DNA from: Nemertoderma westbladi
Taxonomy: Eukaryota > Animalia > Xenacoelomorpha
Reading direction: 5' to 3'
Length of the DNA: 64,000 bases
Assembly (NCBI GenBank): GCA_032718475.1
Contig: JAUCBJ010008363.1
Coordinates: forward strand, 293,056 to 357,055
The notes below the pieces were generated by a model. That model did not search any database. It saw only the letters and a program-made list of their open reading frames with translations, and was not told where the DNA came from. The position numbers were made by a program, and so were the translations under genes. How positions within the stretch are numbered: the stretch's first letter is position 1; each line of letters opens with the position of its first letter. This document shows, in pieces, positions 27,401-42,000 of the stretch.

Positions 27401-30400
27401 GTCAAAACACCCCTCCCTATCTGTGGCTGTCTGAGTGGAGAGATAAGTAGCCTATCTCCCTGTTAATCTTGTTGTGTTCTAGAATATTTATTATAGTTTC
27501 ATCGTATTGCCAAAGCGGCTGGAGCCAAGGTTAATATGTAATGCAATAATTTACCTCAAATATCTCAGCTATTTCATGAATATAATGAAGTATTTAAGCC
27601 ATGTCAAAATCTTCGGGGTTTTTCAGCAATAATTTATCAAAATATCCTCAGATTTTTTACAAAAAACGACATCGATTTTCATATTTATAACTTCTAACCC
27701 ACTCCAAGAGATAGAGAATCTTAAACGAAAGTCATAAGAACAGGTAACACTTACATTTATAGAAGTAATCCGCTGTTATTTGCTTTGTCTTTTCCCAGGA
27801 GATGGATGAATTTTGATTGCGTCGAAACACCCCCTTTCCGAGGCTCTCAGAGTGGAGAGAAAAGTAGCCTATCTCCCTGTTAATATTGTTGTGTTCTAGA
27901 ATATTTATTATAGTTTCATCGTATTGAGAAAGCGGCTGGAACCGAAATTAATATGTAATGCAATAATTCACCTCAAATTTCTCAGCTATTTCATGAATAT
28001 AATGAGTATTAAATCCTTGTCAAAATCCTTGGTGTTTTTCAGCAATAATTTATTAAAATCTCCTTTTATTTTTTACAAAAAACGACATCGATTTTCATAT
28101 TCATGACTTCTAACCCACTCCAAGAGATAGACAATCTTAAACGAAAGTCAAAAGAGCAGGTAACACTTACATTTATAGAAGTAATCAGCTCTATTCTTTG
28201 CTTCGCCTTTCCCCTGGAGATGGATGAATTTTTATTGCGTCGGAACACCCCGTTTTTGAGGCTCTCAGAGTGGACAGATAAGTATAGCCTTTTTCCCTGT
28301 TAATATTGTTCTGCTGTAGAATATTTATTATAGTTTCATCGTATTGCCAAAGCGGCTGGAGCCAAAGTTAATATGTGATGCAATAATTCACCTCAAATTT
28401 CTGCTATTTCATTAATGTAATGAGTATTAAATCCTTGTCAAAATCCTTGGTGTTTTTCAGCAATAATTTATTAAAATTTCCTTTGATTTTTTACAAAAAA
28501 CGACATCGATTTTGATATTCATGACTTCTAACCCACTCCAAGAGATAGACAATCTTAAACGAAAGTCAAAAGAACAGGTAACACTTACATTTATAGAAGT
28601 AATCAGCTATTCTTTGCTTTGCCTTTCTGGAGATGGATTAATTTTGATTCCGACGGAACACCCCCTTTTTGAGGCTCTAAGAGTGAAGAGATAAGTAGAC
28701 TATTTCCCTGCTAATAGTGTTCTGTTGTAGAATATTTACTATAGTTTTATCGTATTGCCAAAGCGGCTGGAGCCGAAGTTAATATGTGATACAATAACTT
28801 ACCTCAAATTTATCAGCTATTTCATGAATATAATGAGTATTAAATCCTTGTCAAAATCCTTGGTGTTTTCAGCAATAATTTATTAAAATATCCTCAGATT
28901 TTTTACAAAAAACGACATCGATTTTCATATTCATGACTTCTAACCCACTCCAAGAGATAGACAATCTTAAACGAAAGTCAAAAGAACAGGTAACACTTAC
29001 ATTTATAGAAGTAATCAGCTGTTCTTTGCTTCGTCTTTCCCCAGGAGATGGATGAATTTTGATTGTGTCAGAACACCCCCTTTTTGAGGCTCTCAGAGTG
29101 AAGAGAAAAGTAGCCTATCTCCCTGTTAATATTGTTGTGTTCTAGAATATTTATTATAGTTTCATCGTATTGCCAAAGCGGCTGGAGCCGAAGTTAATAT
29201 GTGATACAATAATTCACCTCAAATTTCTCAGCTATTTCATGAATATAATGAGTATTAAAGCCATGTCAAAATCTTGGAGGTTTTTCAGCAATAATTTATC
29301 AAAATATCCTCTGATTTTTTTCAAAAACCACATCGATTTTGATATTTATAACTTCTAACCCACTCCACGAGATAGAGAATCTTAAACGAATGTCATAAGA
29401 ACAGGTAACACTATCATTTATAGAAGTAATCAGCTATTCTTTGCTTCGCCTTTCCCCTGGAGATGGATGAATTTTGATAGCGTCGGAACACCCCGTTTTT
29501 GAGGCTCTCAGAGTGGACAGATAAGTATAGCCTTTTTCCCTGTTAATATTGTTGTGTTGTACAATATTTATTATAGTTTCATCGTATTGCCAAAGCGGCT
29601 GGAATCGAAGTTAATATGTGATACAATAATTCACCTCAAATTTCTTAGCTATTTCATGAATATAATGAGTATTAAAGCCATGTCAAAATGCTTGGGGTTT
29701 TTCAGCAATAATTTATCAAAATATCCTCAGATTTTTTACAAAAAACGACATCGATTTTTATATTTATAACTTCTATCCCACTCCACGAGATAGAGAATCT
29801 TAAACGAAAGTCAAAAGAACAGGTAACACTTACATTTATAGAAGTAATCAGCTTTTATTTGCTTCGTCTTTCCCCTGGGGATGGTTAAATTTTAATTGTG
29901 TCAAAACACCCCTCCCTATCTGTGGCTGTCTGAGTGGAGAGATAAGTAGCCTATCTCCATGTTAATCTTGTTGTGTTCTAGAATATTTATTATAGTTTCA
30001 TCGTATTGCCAAAGCGGCTGGAATCGAAGTTAATATGTGATACAATAATTCACCTCAAATTTCTTAGCTATTTCATGAATATAATGAGTATTAAATCCTT
30101 GTCAAAATTCTTGGTGTTTTCAGTAATAATTTATTAAAATATCCTCAGATTTTTTACTAAAAACGACATTGATTTTCATATTTATAACTTCTAACCCACT
30201 CCACGAGATAGAGAATCTTAAACGAAAGTCATAAGAACAGGTAACACTTTCATTTATAGAAGTAATCAGCTGTTATTTGCTTCGTCTTTCCCCATGAGAT
30301 GGATGAATTTTGATTGCGTCGGAACACCCCCTTTCTGAGGCTCTCAGAGTGGAAAGATAAGTAGCCTATCTCCCTGTTAATATTGTTGTGTTCTAGAATT

Positions 30401-30700
30401 TTTATTAGAGTTTCATCGTATTGCCAAAGCGGCTGGAGCCAAAGTTAATATGTAATGCAATAATTCACCTCAAATTTCTCAGCTATTTCATTAATATAAT
30501 GAGTATTAAATCCTTGTCAAAATCCTTGGTGTCTTTCAGCAATAATTTATTAAAATCTCCTTTGATTTTTTACAAAAAACGACATCGATTTTGATATTCA
30601 TGACTTCTAACCCACTCCAAGAGATAGACAATCTTAAACGAAAGTCGAAAGAACAGGTAACTCTTACATTTATAGAAGTAATTAGCTATTCTTTGCTTCG
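9494..30700. repeat. Large higher-order duplications: 24-mer offset (9992 bp) and 17-mer offset (7078 bp), with embedded 2-mer (833 bp) and 4-mer (1666 bp) units
   Basis: Diagnostic variants at 10854/20846/27924, 12484/22476/29554, 17099/24177; 15315/16148; 17099/18765 and 24177/25843. Confidence 0.9.
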
Positions 30701-33700
30701 CCTTTCCTCTGGAGATGGATGAATTTTGATTCCGTCGGAACACCCCCTTTTTGAGGCTCTCAGAGTGGACAGATAAGTAGCCTATTTCCCTGTTAATATT
30801 GTTCTGTTGTAGAATATTTATTATAGTTTCATCGTATTGCTAATGTGGCTGGAGTTAAAGTTATTATGTAATGCAATAATTCACCTCAAATATCTCAGTT
30901 TTTTCATGAACATAATGAAGAATTAAAGCCATGTCAAAATCTTCGGGGTTTTTCAGCAATAATTTATCAAAATATCCTCAGATTTTTTACAAAAAACAAC
31001 ATCGAGTTTCATATTTATAACTTCTAACCCACTCCAAGAGATAGAGAATCTTAAACGAATGTCATAAGAACAGGTAACACTTTCATTTATAGAAGTAATC
31101 AGCTATTCTTTGCTTCGCCTTTCCCCTGGAGATGGATGAATTTTGATAGCGTCGGAACACCCCTTTCTGAGGCTCTCAGAGTGGAGAGAAAAGTAGCCTA
31201 TCTCCCTGTTAATATTGTTGTGTTCTTGAATATTTATTATAGTTTCATCGTATTGCCAAAGCGGCTGGAATCGAAGTTAATATGTGATACAATAATTCAC
31301 CTCAAATTTCTTAGCTATTTCATGAATATAATGAGTATTAAAGCCATGTCAAAATGCTTGGGGTTTTTCAGCAATAATTTATCAAAATATCCTCAGATTT
31401 TTTACAAAAAACGACATCGATTTTTATATTTATAACTTCTATCCCACTCCACGAGATAGAGAATCTTAAACGAAAGTCAAAAGAACAGGTAACACTTACA
31501 TTTATAGAAGTAATCAGCTTTTATTTGCTTCGTCTTTCCCCTGGAGATGGTTAAATTTTAATTGTGTCAAAACACCCCTCCCTATCTGTGGCTGTCTGAG
31601 TGGAGAGATAAGTAGCCTATCTCCATGTTAATCTTGTTGTGTTCTAGAATATTTATTATAGTTTCATCGTATTGCCAAAGCGGCTGGAATCGAAGTTAAT
31701 ATGTGATACAATAATTCACCTCAAATTTCTTAGCTATTTCATGAATATAATGAGTATTAAATCCTTGTCAAAATTCTTGGTGTTTTCAGCAATAATTTAT
31801 TAAAATATCCTCAGATTTTTTACTAAAAACGACATTGATTTTCATATTTATAACTTCTAACCCACTCCACGAGATAGAGAATCTTAAACGAAAGTCATAA
31901 GAACAGGTAACACTTTCATTTATAGAAGTAATCAGCTGTTATTTGCTTCGTCTTTCCCCATGAGATGGATGAATTTTGATTGCGTCGGAACACCCCCTTT
32001 CTGAGGCTCTCAGAGTGGAAAGATAAGTAGCCTATCTCCCTGTTAATATTGTTGTGTTCTAGAATTTTTATTAGAGTTTCATCGTATTGCCAAAGCGGCT
32101 GGAGCCAAAGTTAATATGTAATGCAATAATTCACCTCAAATTTCTCAGCTATTTCATTAATATAATGAGTATTAAATCCTTGTCAAAATCCTTGGTGTCT
32201 TTCAGCAATAATTTATTAAAATCTCCTTTGATTTTTTACAAAAAACGACATCGATTTTGATATTCATGACTTCTAACCCACTCTAAGAGATAGACAATCT
32301 TAAACGAAAGTCGAAAGAACAGGTAACTCTTACATTTATAGAAGTAATTAGCTATTCTTTGCTTCGCCTTTCCTCTGGAGATGGATGAATTTTGATTCCG
32401 TCGGAACACCCCCTTTTTGAGGCTCTCAGAGTGGACAGATAAGTAGCCTATTTCCCTGTTAATATTGTTCTGTTGTAGAATATTTATTATAGTTTCATCG
32501 TATTGCTAATGTGGCTGGAGTTAAAGTTATTATGTAATGCAATAATTCACCTCAAATATCTCAGTTTTTTCATGAACATAATGAAGAATTAAAGCCATGT
32601 CAAAATCTTCGGGGTTTTTCAGCAATAATTTATCAAAATATCCTCAGATTTTTTACAAAAAACAACATCGAGTTTCATATTTATAACTTCTAACCCACTC
32701 CAAGAGATAGAGAATCTTAAACGAATGTCATAAGAACAGGTAACACTTTCATTTATAGAAGTAATCAGCTATTCTTTGCTTCGCCTTTCCCCTGGAGATG
32801 GATGAATTTTGATAGCGTCGGAACACCCCTTTCTGAGGCTCTCAGAGTGGAGAGAAAAGTAGCCTATCTCCCTGTTAATATTGTTGTGTTCTTGAATATT
32901 TATTATAGTTTCATCGTATTGCCAAAGCGGCTGGAATCGAAGTTAATATGTGATACAATAATTCACCTCAAATTTCTTAGCTATTTCATGAATATAATGA
33001 GTATTAAAGCCATGTCAAAATGCTTGGGGTTTTTCAGCAATAATTTATCAAAATATCCTCAGATTTTTTACAAAAAACGACATCGATTTTTATATTTATA
33101 ACTTCTATCCCACTCCACGAGATAGAGAATCTTAAACGAAAGTCAAAAGAACAGGTAACACTTACATTTATAGAAGTAATCAGCTTTTATTTGCTTCGTC
33201 TTTCCCCTGGAGATGGTTAAATTTTAATTGTGTCAAAACACCCCTCCCTATCTGTGGCTGTCTGAGTGGAGAGATAAGTAGCCTATCTCCATGTTAATCT
33301 TGTTGTGTTCTAGAATATTTATTATAGTTTCATCGTATTGCCAAAGCGGCTGGAATCGAAGTTAATATGTGATACAATAATTCACCTCAAATTTCTTAGC
33401 TATTTCATGAATATAATGAGTATTAAATCCTTGTCAAAATTCTTGGTGTTTTCAGCAATAATTTATTAAAATATCCTCAGATTTTTTACTAAAAACGACA
33501 TTGATTTTCATATTTATAACTTCTAACCCACTCCACGAGATAGAGAATCTTAAACGAAAGTCATAAGAACAGGTAACACTTTCATTTATAGAAGTAATCA
33601 GCTGTTATTTGCTTCGTCTTTCCCCATGAGATGGATGAATTTTGATTGCGTCGGAACACCCCCTTTCTGAGGCTCTCAGAGTGGAAAGATAAGTAGCCTA

Positions 33701-34450
33701 TCTCCCTGTTAATATTGTTGTGTTCTAGAATTTTTATTAGAGTTTCATCGTATTGCCAAAGCGGCTGGAGCCAAAGTTAATATGTAATGCAATAATTCAC
33801 CTCAAATTTCTCAGCTATTTCATTAATATAATGAGTATTAAATCCTTGTCAAAATCCTTGGTGTCTTTCAGCAATAATTTATTAAAATCTCCTTTGATTT
33901 TTTACAAAAAACGACATCGATTTTGATATTCATGACTTCTAACCCACTCTAAGAGATAGACAATCTTAAACGAAAGTCGAAAGAACAGGTAACTCTTACA
34001 TTTATAGAAGTAATTAGCTATTCTTTGCTTCGCCTTTCCTCTGGAGATGGATGAATTTTGATTCCGTCGGAACACCCCCTTTTTGAGGCTCTCAGAGTGG
34101 ACAGATAAGTAGCCTATTTCCCTGTTAATATTGTTCTGTTGTAGAATATTTATTATAGTTTCATCGTATTGCTAATGTGGCTGGAGTTAAAGTTATTATG
34201 TAATGCAATAATTCACCTCAAATATCTCAGTTTTTTCATGAACATAATGAAGAATTAAAGCCATGTCAAAATCTTCGGGGTTTTTCAGCAATAATTTATC
34301 AAAATATCCTCAGATTTTTTACAAAAAACAACATCGAGTTTCATATTTATAACTTCTAACCCACTCCAAGAGATAGAGAATCGTAAACGAAAGTCATAAG
34401 AATAGGTAACACTTACATTTATATAAGTAATCAGCTGTTATTTGCTTCGT
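29550..34450. repeat. 4-mer higher-order repeat (1666 bp), about 3 copies
   Basis: Variant-specific ORF ends at 29769, 31435, 33101 (1666-bp steps); shared gtcgaaag and gaagaatt variants. Confidence 0.88.
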
Positions 34451-37049
34451 CTTTCCCCAGGAGATGGATGAATTTTGATTGCGTCGGAACACCCCTTTCT
34501 GAGGCTCTCAGAGTGGAGAGAAAAGTAGCCTATCTCCCTGTTAATATTGTTGTGTTCTTGAATATTTATTATAGTTTCATCGTATTGCCAAAGCGGCTGG
34601 AGCCGAAATTAATATGTAATGCAATAATTCACCTCAAATTTCTCAGCTATTTCATGAATATAATGAGTATTAAATCCTTGTCAAAATCCTTGGTGTTTTT
34701 CAGCAATAATTTATCAAAATATCCTCTGATTTTTTTCAAAAACCACATCGATTTTGATATTTATAACTTCTAACCCACTCCTCAAGATAGAGAATCTTAA
34801 ACGAAAGTCATAAGAACAGGTAACACTTTCATTTATAGAAGTAATCAGCTGTTATTTGCTTCGTCTTTCCCCAGGAAATGGATGAAATTTGATTGCGTCG
34901 GAACACCCCCTTTCTGAGGCTCTCAGAGTGGAGAGAAAAGTAGCCTATCTCCCTGTTAATATTGTTGTGTTCTAGAATATTTATTATAGTTTCATCGTAT
35001 TGCCAAAGCGGCTGGAGCCGAAGTTAATATGTGATACAATAACTTACCTCAAATTTATCAGCTATTTCATGAATATAATGAGTATTAAATCCTTGTCAAA
35101 ATCCTTGGTGTTTTCAGCAATGATTTATTAAAATATCCTCAGATTTTTTACAAAAAACAACATCGGTTTTCATATTCATGACTTCTATCCCAGTCCACAA
35201 GATGAAGAATCTTAAACGAAAGTCAAAAAACAGGTAACACTTACATTTATAGAAGTAATCAGCTGTTATTTGCTTCGTCTTTCCCCTGGAGATGTTTAAA
35301 TTTTGATTGTGTCAAAACACCCCTCCCTATCTGTGGCTGTCTGAGTGGAGAGATAAGTAGCCTATCTCCCTGTTAATCTTGTTGTGTTCTAGAATATTTA
35401 TTATAGTTTCATCGTATTGCCAAAGCGGCTGGAGCCAAGGTTAATATGTAATGCAATAATTTACCTCAAATATCTCAGCTATTTCATGAATATAATGAAG
35501 TATTTAAGCCATGTCAAAATCTTCGGGGTTTTTCAGCAATAATTTATCAAAATATCCTCAGATTTTTTACAAAAAACGACATCGATTTTCATATTTATAA
35601 CTTCTAACCCACTCCAAAAGATAGAGAATCTTAAACGAAAGTCATAAGAACAGGTAACACTTTCATTTATAGAAGTAATCAGCTGTTATTTGCTTCGTCT
35701 TTCCCCAGGAGATGGATGAAATTTGATTGCGTCGGAACACCCCCTTTCTGAGGCTCTCAGAGTGGAGAGATAAGTAGCCTATCTCCCTGTTAATATTGTT
35801 ATGTTCTAGAATATTTATTATAGTTTCATCGTATTGCCAAAGCGGCTGGAGCCAAAGTTAATATGTAATGCAATAATTCACCTCAAATATCTCAGCTAGT
35901 TCATGAATATAATGAGTATAAAATCCTTGTCAAAATCCTTGGTGATTTTCAGCAATAAAAAAATTTATTAAAATCTCCTCTGATTTTTTACAAAAAACGA
36001 CATCGATTTTCATATTCATGACTTCTATCCCACTCCAAGAGATAGTCAATCTTAAACGAAAGTTAAAAGAACAGGTAACACTGGTAACACAGTGAAGAGA
36101 TAAGTAGCCTATCTCCCTGTTAATATTGTTGTGTTCTAGAATATTTATTATTGTTTCATCGGATTGCCAAAGATACTGGAGCTGAAGTTAATATATAATG
36201 CAATAATTCACCTCAAATATCTCAGTTTTTTCATGAACATAATGAAGTATTAAAGCCATGTCAAAATCCTTGGTGTTTTTCAGCAATAATTAATCATAAT
36301 ATCCTTCGACTTTTTTAAAAAACCACATCGATTTTCATATTCATGACTTCTATCCCAATCCACAAGATAAAGAATCTTAAACGAAAGTCAAAAAACAGGT
36401 AACACTTACATTTATAGAAGTAATCAGCTGTTATTTGCTTCGTCTTTCCCCTGGAGATGGATGAATTTTGATTGCGTCGGAACACCCCCTTTTTGAGGCT
36501 CTCAGAGTGAAGAGATAAGTAGCCTATCTCCCTGTTAATATTGTTGTGTTCTAGAATATTTATTATAGTTTCATCGTATTGCCAAAGCGGCTGGAGCCGA
36601 AATTAATATGTGATACAATAATTCACCTCAAATTTCTCAGCTATTTCATGAATATAATGAGTATTAAAGCCATGTCAAAATCCTTGGGGTTTTTCAGCAA
36701 TAATTTATCAAAATATCCTCAGATTTTTTACAAAAAACGACATCGATTTTCATATTTATAACTTCTAACCCACTCCACGAGATAGAGAATCTTAAACGAA
36801 AGTCATAAGAACAGGTAACACTTACATTTATAGAAGTAATCAGCTGTTCTTTGCTTCGTCTTTCCCCTGGAGATGGATGAATTTTGATTGCGTCGGAACA
36901 CCCCCTTTTTGAGGCTCTCAGAGTGAAGAGATAAGTAGCCTATCTCCCTGTTAATATTGTTGTATTCTAGAATATTTATTATAGTTTCATCATATTGCCA
37001 AAGCGGCTGGAGCCGAAATTAATATGTAATGCAATAATTCACCTCAAAT

Positions 37050-40000
37050 TTCTCAGCTATTTCATGAATATAATGAGTATTAAAGCCATGTCAAAATCCT
37101 TGGGGTTTTTCAGCAATAATTTATCAAAATATCCTCAGATTTTTTACAAAAAACCACATCGATTTTCATATTTATAACTTCTAACCCACTCCACGAGATA
37201 GAGAATCTTAAACGAAAGTCATAAGAACAGGTAACACTTACATTTATAGAAGTAATCAGCTGTTCTTTGCTTCGTCTTTCCCCTGGAGATGGATGAATTT
37301 TGATTGCGTCGGAACACCCCCTTTCTGAGGCTTTCAGAGTGAAGAGAAAAGTAGCCTATCTCCCTGTTAATATTGTTGTGTTCTAGAATATTTATTATAG
37401 TTTCATCGTATTGCCAAAGCGGCTGGAGCCAAAGTTAATATGTAATGCAATAATTCACCTCAAATTTCTAAGCTATTTCATGAATATAATGAGTATTAAA
37501 GCCATGTCAAAATCCTTGGGGTTTTTCAGCAATAATTTATCAAAATATCCTCTGATTTATTTCAAAAACCACATCGATTTTCATATTTATAACTTCTAAC
37601 CCACTCCACGAGATAGATAATCTTAAACGAAAGTCATAAGAACAGGTAACACTTTCATTTATAGAAGTAATCAGCTGTTATTTGCCTCGTCTTTCCCCAG
37701 GAGATGGATGAATTTTGATTGCGTCAGAACACCCCCTTTTTGAGGCTCTCAGAGTGAAGAGATAAGTAGCCTATTTCCCTGTTAATATTGTTCTGTTGTA
37801 GAATATTTATTATAGCTTCATCTTTATTGCTAATGTGGCTGGAGTTAAAGTGATTATGTAATGCAATAATTCCCCTCAAATATCTCAGTTTTTTCATGAA
37901 TATAATAAAGTATTAAAGCCATGTCAAAATCCTTGGGGTTTTTCAGCAATAATTTATCAAAATATCCTCAGATTTTTTACAAAAAACGACATCGATTTTC
38001 ATATTTATAACTTCTAACCCACTCCACGAGATAGAGAATCTTAAACGAAAGTCATAAGAACAGGTAACACTTACATTTATAGAAGTAATCAGCTGTTCTT
38101 TGCTTCGTCTTTCCCCTGGAGATGGATGAATTTTGATTGCGTCGGAACACCCCCTTTTTGAGGCTCTCAGAGTGAAGAGATAAGTAGCCTATCTCCCTGT
38201 TAATATTGTTGTATTCTAGAATATTTATTATAGTTTCATCATATTGCCAAAGCGGCTGGAGCCGAAGTTAATATGTGATACAATAATTCACCTCAAATTT
38301 CTCAGCTATTTCATGAATATAATGAGTATTAAAGCTATGTCAAAATCCTTGGGGTTTTTCAGAAATAATTTATCAAAATATCCTCAGGTTTTTTACAAAA
38401 AACGACATTGATTTTCATATTTATAACTTCTAACCCACTCCACGAGATAGAGAATCTTAAACGAAAGTCATAAGAACAGGTAACACTTTCATTTATAGAA
38501 GTAATCAGCTGTTATTTGCTTCGTCTTTCCCCAGGAGATGGATGAAATTTGATTGCGTCGGAACACCCCCTTTTTGAGGCTCTCAGAGTGGAGAGAAAAG
38601 TAGCCTATCTCCCTGTTAATATTGTTGTATTCTAGAATATTTATTATAGTTTCATCATATTGCCAAAGCGGCTGGAGCTAAAGTTAATATGTGATACAAT
38701 AATTCACCTCAAATTTCTCAGCTATTTCATGAATATAATGAGTATTAAAGCCATGTCAAAATCCTTGGGGTTTTTCAGCAATAATTTATCAAAATATCCT
38801 CAGATTTTTTACAAAAAACGACATCGATTTTCATATTTATAACTTCTAACCCACTCCACGAGATAGAGAATCTTAAATGAAAGTCAAAAGAGCAGGTAAC
38901 ACTTACATTTATAGAAGTAATCAGCTGTTCTTTGCTTCGTCTTTCCCCTGGAGATGGATGAATTTTGATTGCGTCGGAACACCCCTTTTTTGAGGCTCTC
39001 AGAGTGGAGAGATAAGTAGCCTATCTCCCTGTTAATATTGTTGTGTTCTAGAATATTTATTATAGTTTCATCGTATTGCCAAAGCGGCTGGAGCCGAAGT
39101 TAATATATGATACAATAATTCACCGCAAATTTCTCAGCTATTTCATGAATATAATGAGTATTAAAGCCATGTCAAAATCCTTGGGGTTTTTCAGCAATAA
39201 TTTATCAAAATATCCTCTGATTTTTTTCAAAAACCACATCGATTTTCATATTTATAACTTCTAACCCACTCCCCGAGATAGAGAATCTTAAACGAAAGTC
39301 ATAAGAACAGGTAACACTTTCATTTATAGAAGTAATCAGCTGTTTTTTGCTTCGTCTTTCCCCAGGAGATGGATGAAATTTGATTGCGTCGGAACACCCC
39401 CTTTCTGAGGCTCTCAGAGTGGAGAGATAAGTAGCCTATCTCCCTGTTAATATTGTTATGTTCTAGAATATTTATTATAGTTTCATCGTATTGCCAAAGC
39501 GGCTGGAGCCGAAGTTAATATATGATACAATAATTCACCTCAAATTTCTCAGCTATTTCATGAATATAATGAGTATTAAAGCCATGTCAAAATCCTTGGG
39601 GTTTTTCAGCAATAATTTATCAAAATATCCTCAGATTTTTTACAAAAAACCACATCGATTTTCATATTTATAACTTCTAACCCACTCCACGAGATAGAGA
39701 ATCTTAAACGAAAGTCATAAGAACAGGTAACACTTACATTTATAGAAGTAATCAGCTGTTCTTTGCTTCGTCTTTCCCCTGGAGATGGATGAATTTTGAT
39801 TGCGTCGGAACACCCCCTTTCTGAGGCTTTCAGAGTGAAGAGAAAAGTAGCCTATCTCCCTGTTAATATTGTTGTGTTCTAGAATATTTATTATAGTTTC
39901 ATCGTATTGCCAAAGCGGCTGGAGCCAAAGTTAATATGTAATGCAATAATTCACCTCAAATTTCTAAGCTATTTCATGAATATAATGAGTATTAAAGCCA

Positions 40001-42000
40001 TGTCAAAATCCTTGGGGTTTTTCAGCAATAATTTATCAAAATATCCTCTGATTTATTTCAAAAACCACATCGATTTTCATATTTATAACTTCTAACCCAC
40101 TCCACGAGATAGATAATCTTAAACGAAAGTCATAAGAACAGGTAACACTTTCATTTATAGAAGTAATCAGCTGTTATTTGCCTCGTCTTTCCCCAGGAGA
40201 TGGATGAATTTTGATTGCGTCAGAACACCCCCTTTTTGAGGCTCTCAGAGTGAAGAGATAAGTAGCCTATTTCCCTGTTAATATTGTTCTGTTGTAGAAT
40301 ATTTATTATAGCTTCATCTTTATTGCTAATGTGGCTGGAGTTAAAGTGATTATGTAATGCAATAATTCCCCTCAAATATCTCAGTTTTTTCATGAATATA
40401 ATAAAGTATTAAAGCCATGTCAAAATCCTTGGGGTTTTTCAGCAATAATTTATCAAAATATCCTCAGATTTTTTACAAAAAACGACATCGATTTTCATAT
40501 TTATAACTTCTAACCCACTCCACGAGATAGAGAATCTTAAACGAAAGTCATAAGAACAGGTAACACTTACATTTATAGAAGTAATCAGCTGTTCTTTGCT
40601 TCGTCTTTCCCCTGGAGATGGATGAATTTTGATTGCGTCGGAACACCCCCTTTTTGAGGCTCTCAGAGTGAAGAGATAAGTAGCCTATCTCCCTGTTAAT
40701 ATTGTTGTATTCTAGAATATTTATTATAGTTTCATCATATTGCCAAAGCGGCTGGAGCCGAAGTTAATATGTGATACAATAATTCACCTCAAATTTCTCA
40801 GCTATTTCATGAATATAATGAGTATTAAAGCTATGTCAAAATCCTTGGGGTTTTTCAGAAATAATTTATCAAAATATCCTCAGGTTTTTTACAAAAAACG
40901 ACATTGATTTTCATATTTATAACTTCTAACCCACTCCACGAGATAGAGAATCTTAAACGAAAGTCATAAGAACAGGTAACACTTTCATTTATAGAAGTAA
41001 TCAGCTGTTATTTGCTTCGTCTTTCCCCAGGAGATGGATGAAATTTGATTGCGTCGGAACACCCCCTTTTTGAGGCTCTCAGAGTGGAGAGAAAAGTAGC
41101 CTATCTCCCTGTTAATATTGTTGTATTCTAGAATATTTATTATAGTTTCATCATATTGCCAAAGCGGCTGGAGCTAAAGTTAATATGTGATACAATAATT
41201 CACCTCAAATTTCTCAGCTATTTCATGAATATAATGAGTATTAAAGCCATGTCAAAATCCTTGGGGTTTTTCAGCAATAATTTATCAAAATATCCTCAGA
41301 TTTTTTACAAAAAACGACATCGATTTTCATATTTATAACTTCTAACCCACTCCACGAGATAGAGAATCTTAAATGAAAGTCAAAAGAGCAGGTAACACTT
41401 ACATTTATAGAAGTAATCAGCTGTTCTTTGCTTCGTCTTTCCCCTGGAGATGGATGAATTTTGATTGCGTCGGAACACCCCTTTTTTGAGGCTCTCAGAG
41501 TGGAGAGATAAGTAGCCTATCTCCCTGTTAATATTGTTGTGTTCTAGAATATTTATTATAGTTTCATCGTATTGCCAAAGCGGCTGGAGCCGAAGTTAAT
41601 ATATGATACAATAATTCACCGCAAATTTCTCAGCTATTTCATGAATATAATGAGTATTAAAGCCATGTCAAAATCCTTGGGGTTTTTCAGCAATAATTTA
41701 TCAAAATATCCTCTGATTTTTTTCAAAAACCACATCGATTTTCATATTTATAACTTCTAACCCACTCCCCGAGATAGAGAATCTTAAACGAAAGTCATAA
41801 GAACAGGTAACACTTTCATTTATAGAAGTAATCAGCTGTTTTTTGCTTCGTCTTTCCCCAGGAGATGGATGAAATTTGATTGCGTCGGAACACCCCCTTT
41901 CTGAGGCTCTCAGAGTGGAGAGATAAGTAGCCTATCTCCCTGTTAATATTGTTATGTTCTAGAATATTTATTATAGTTTCATCGTATTGCCAAAGCGGCT
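37050..42000. repeat. 6-mer higher-order repeat (2496 bp), 2 copies
   Basis: Identical variant ORFs at 37411/39907, 38660/41156, 39076/41572. Confidence 0.88.
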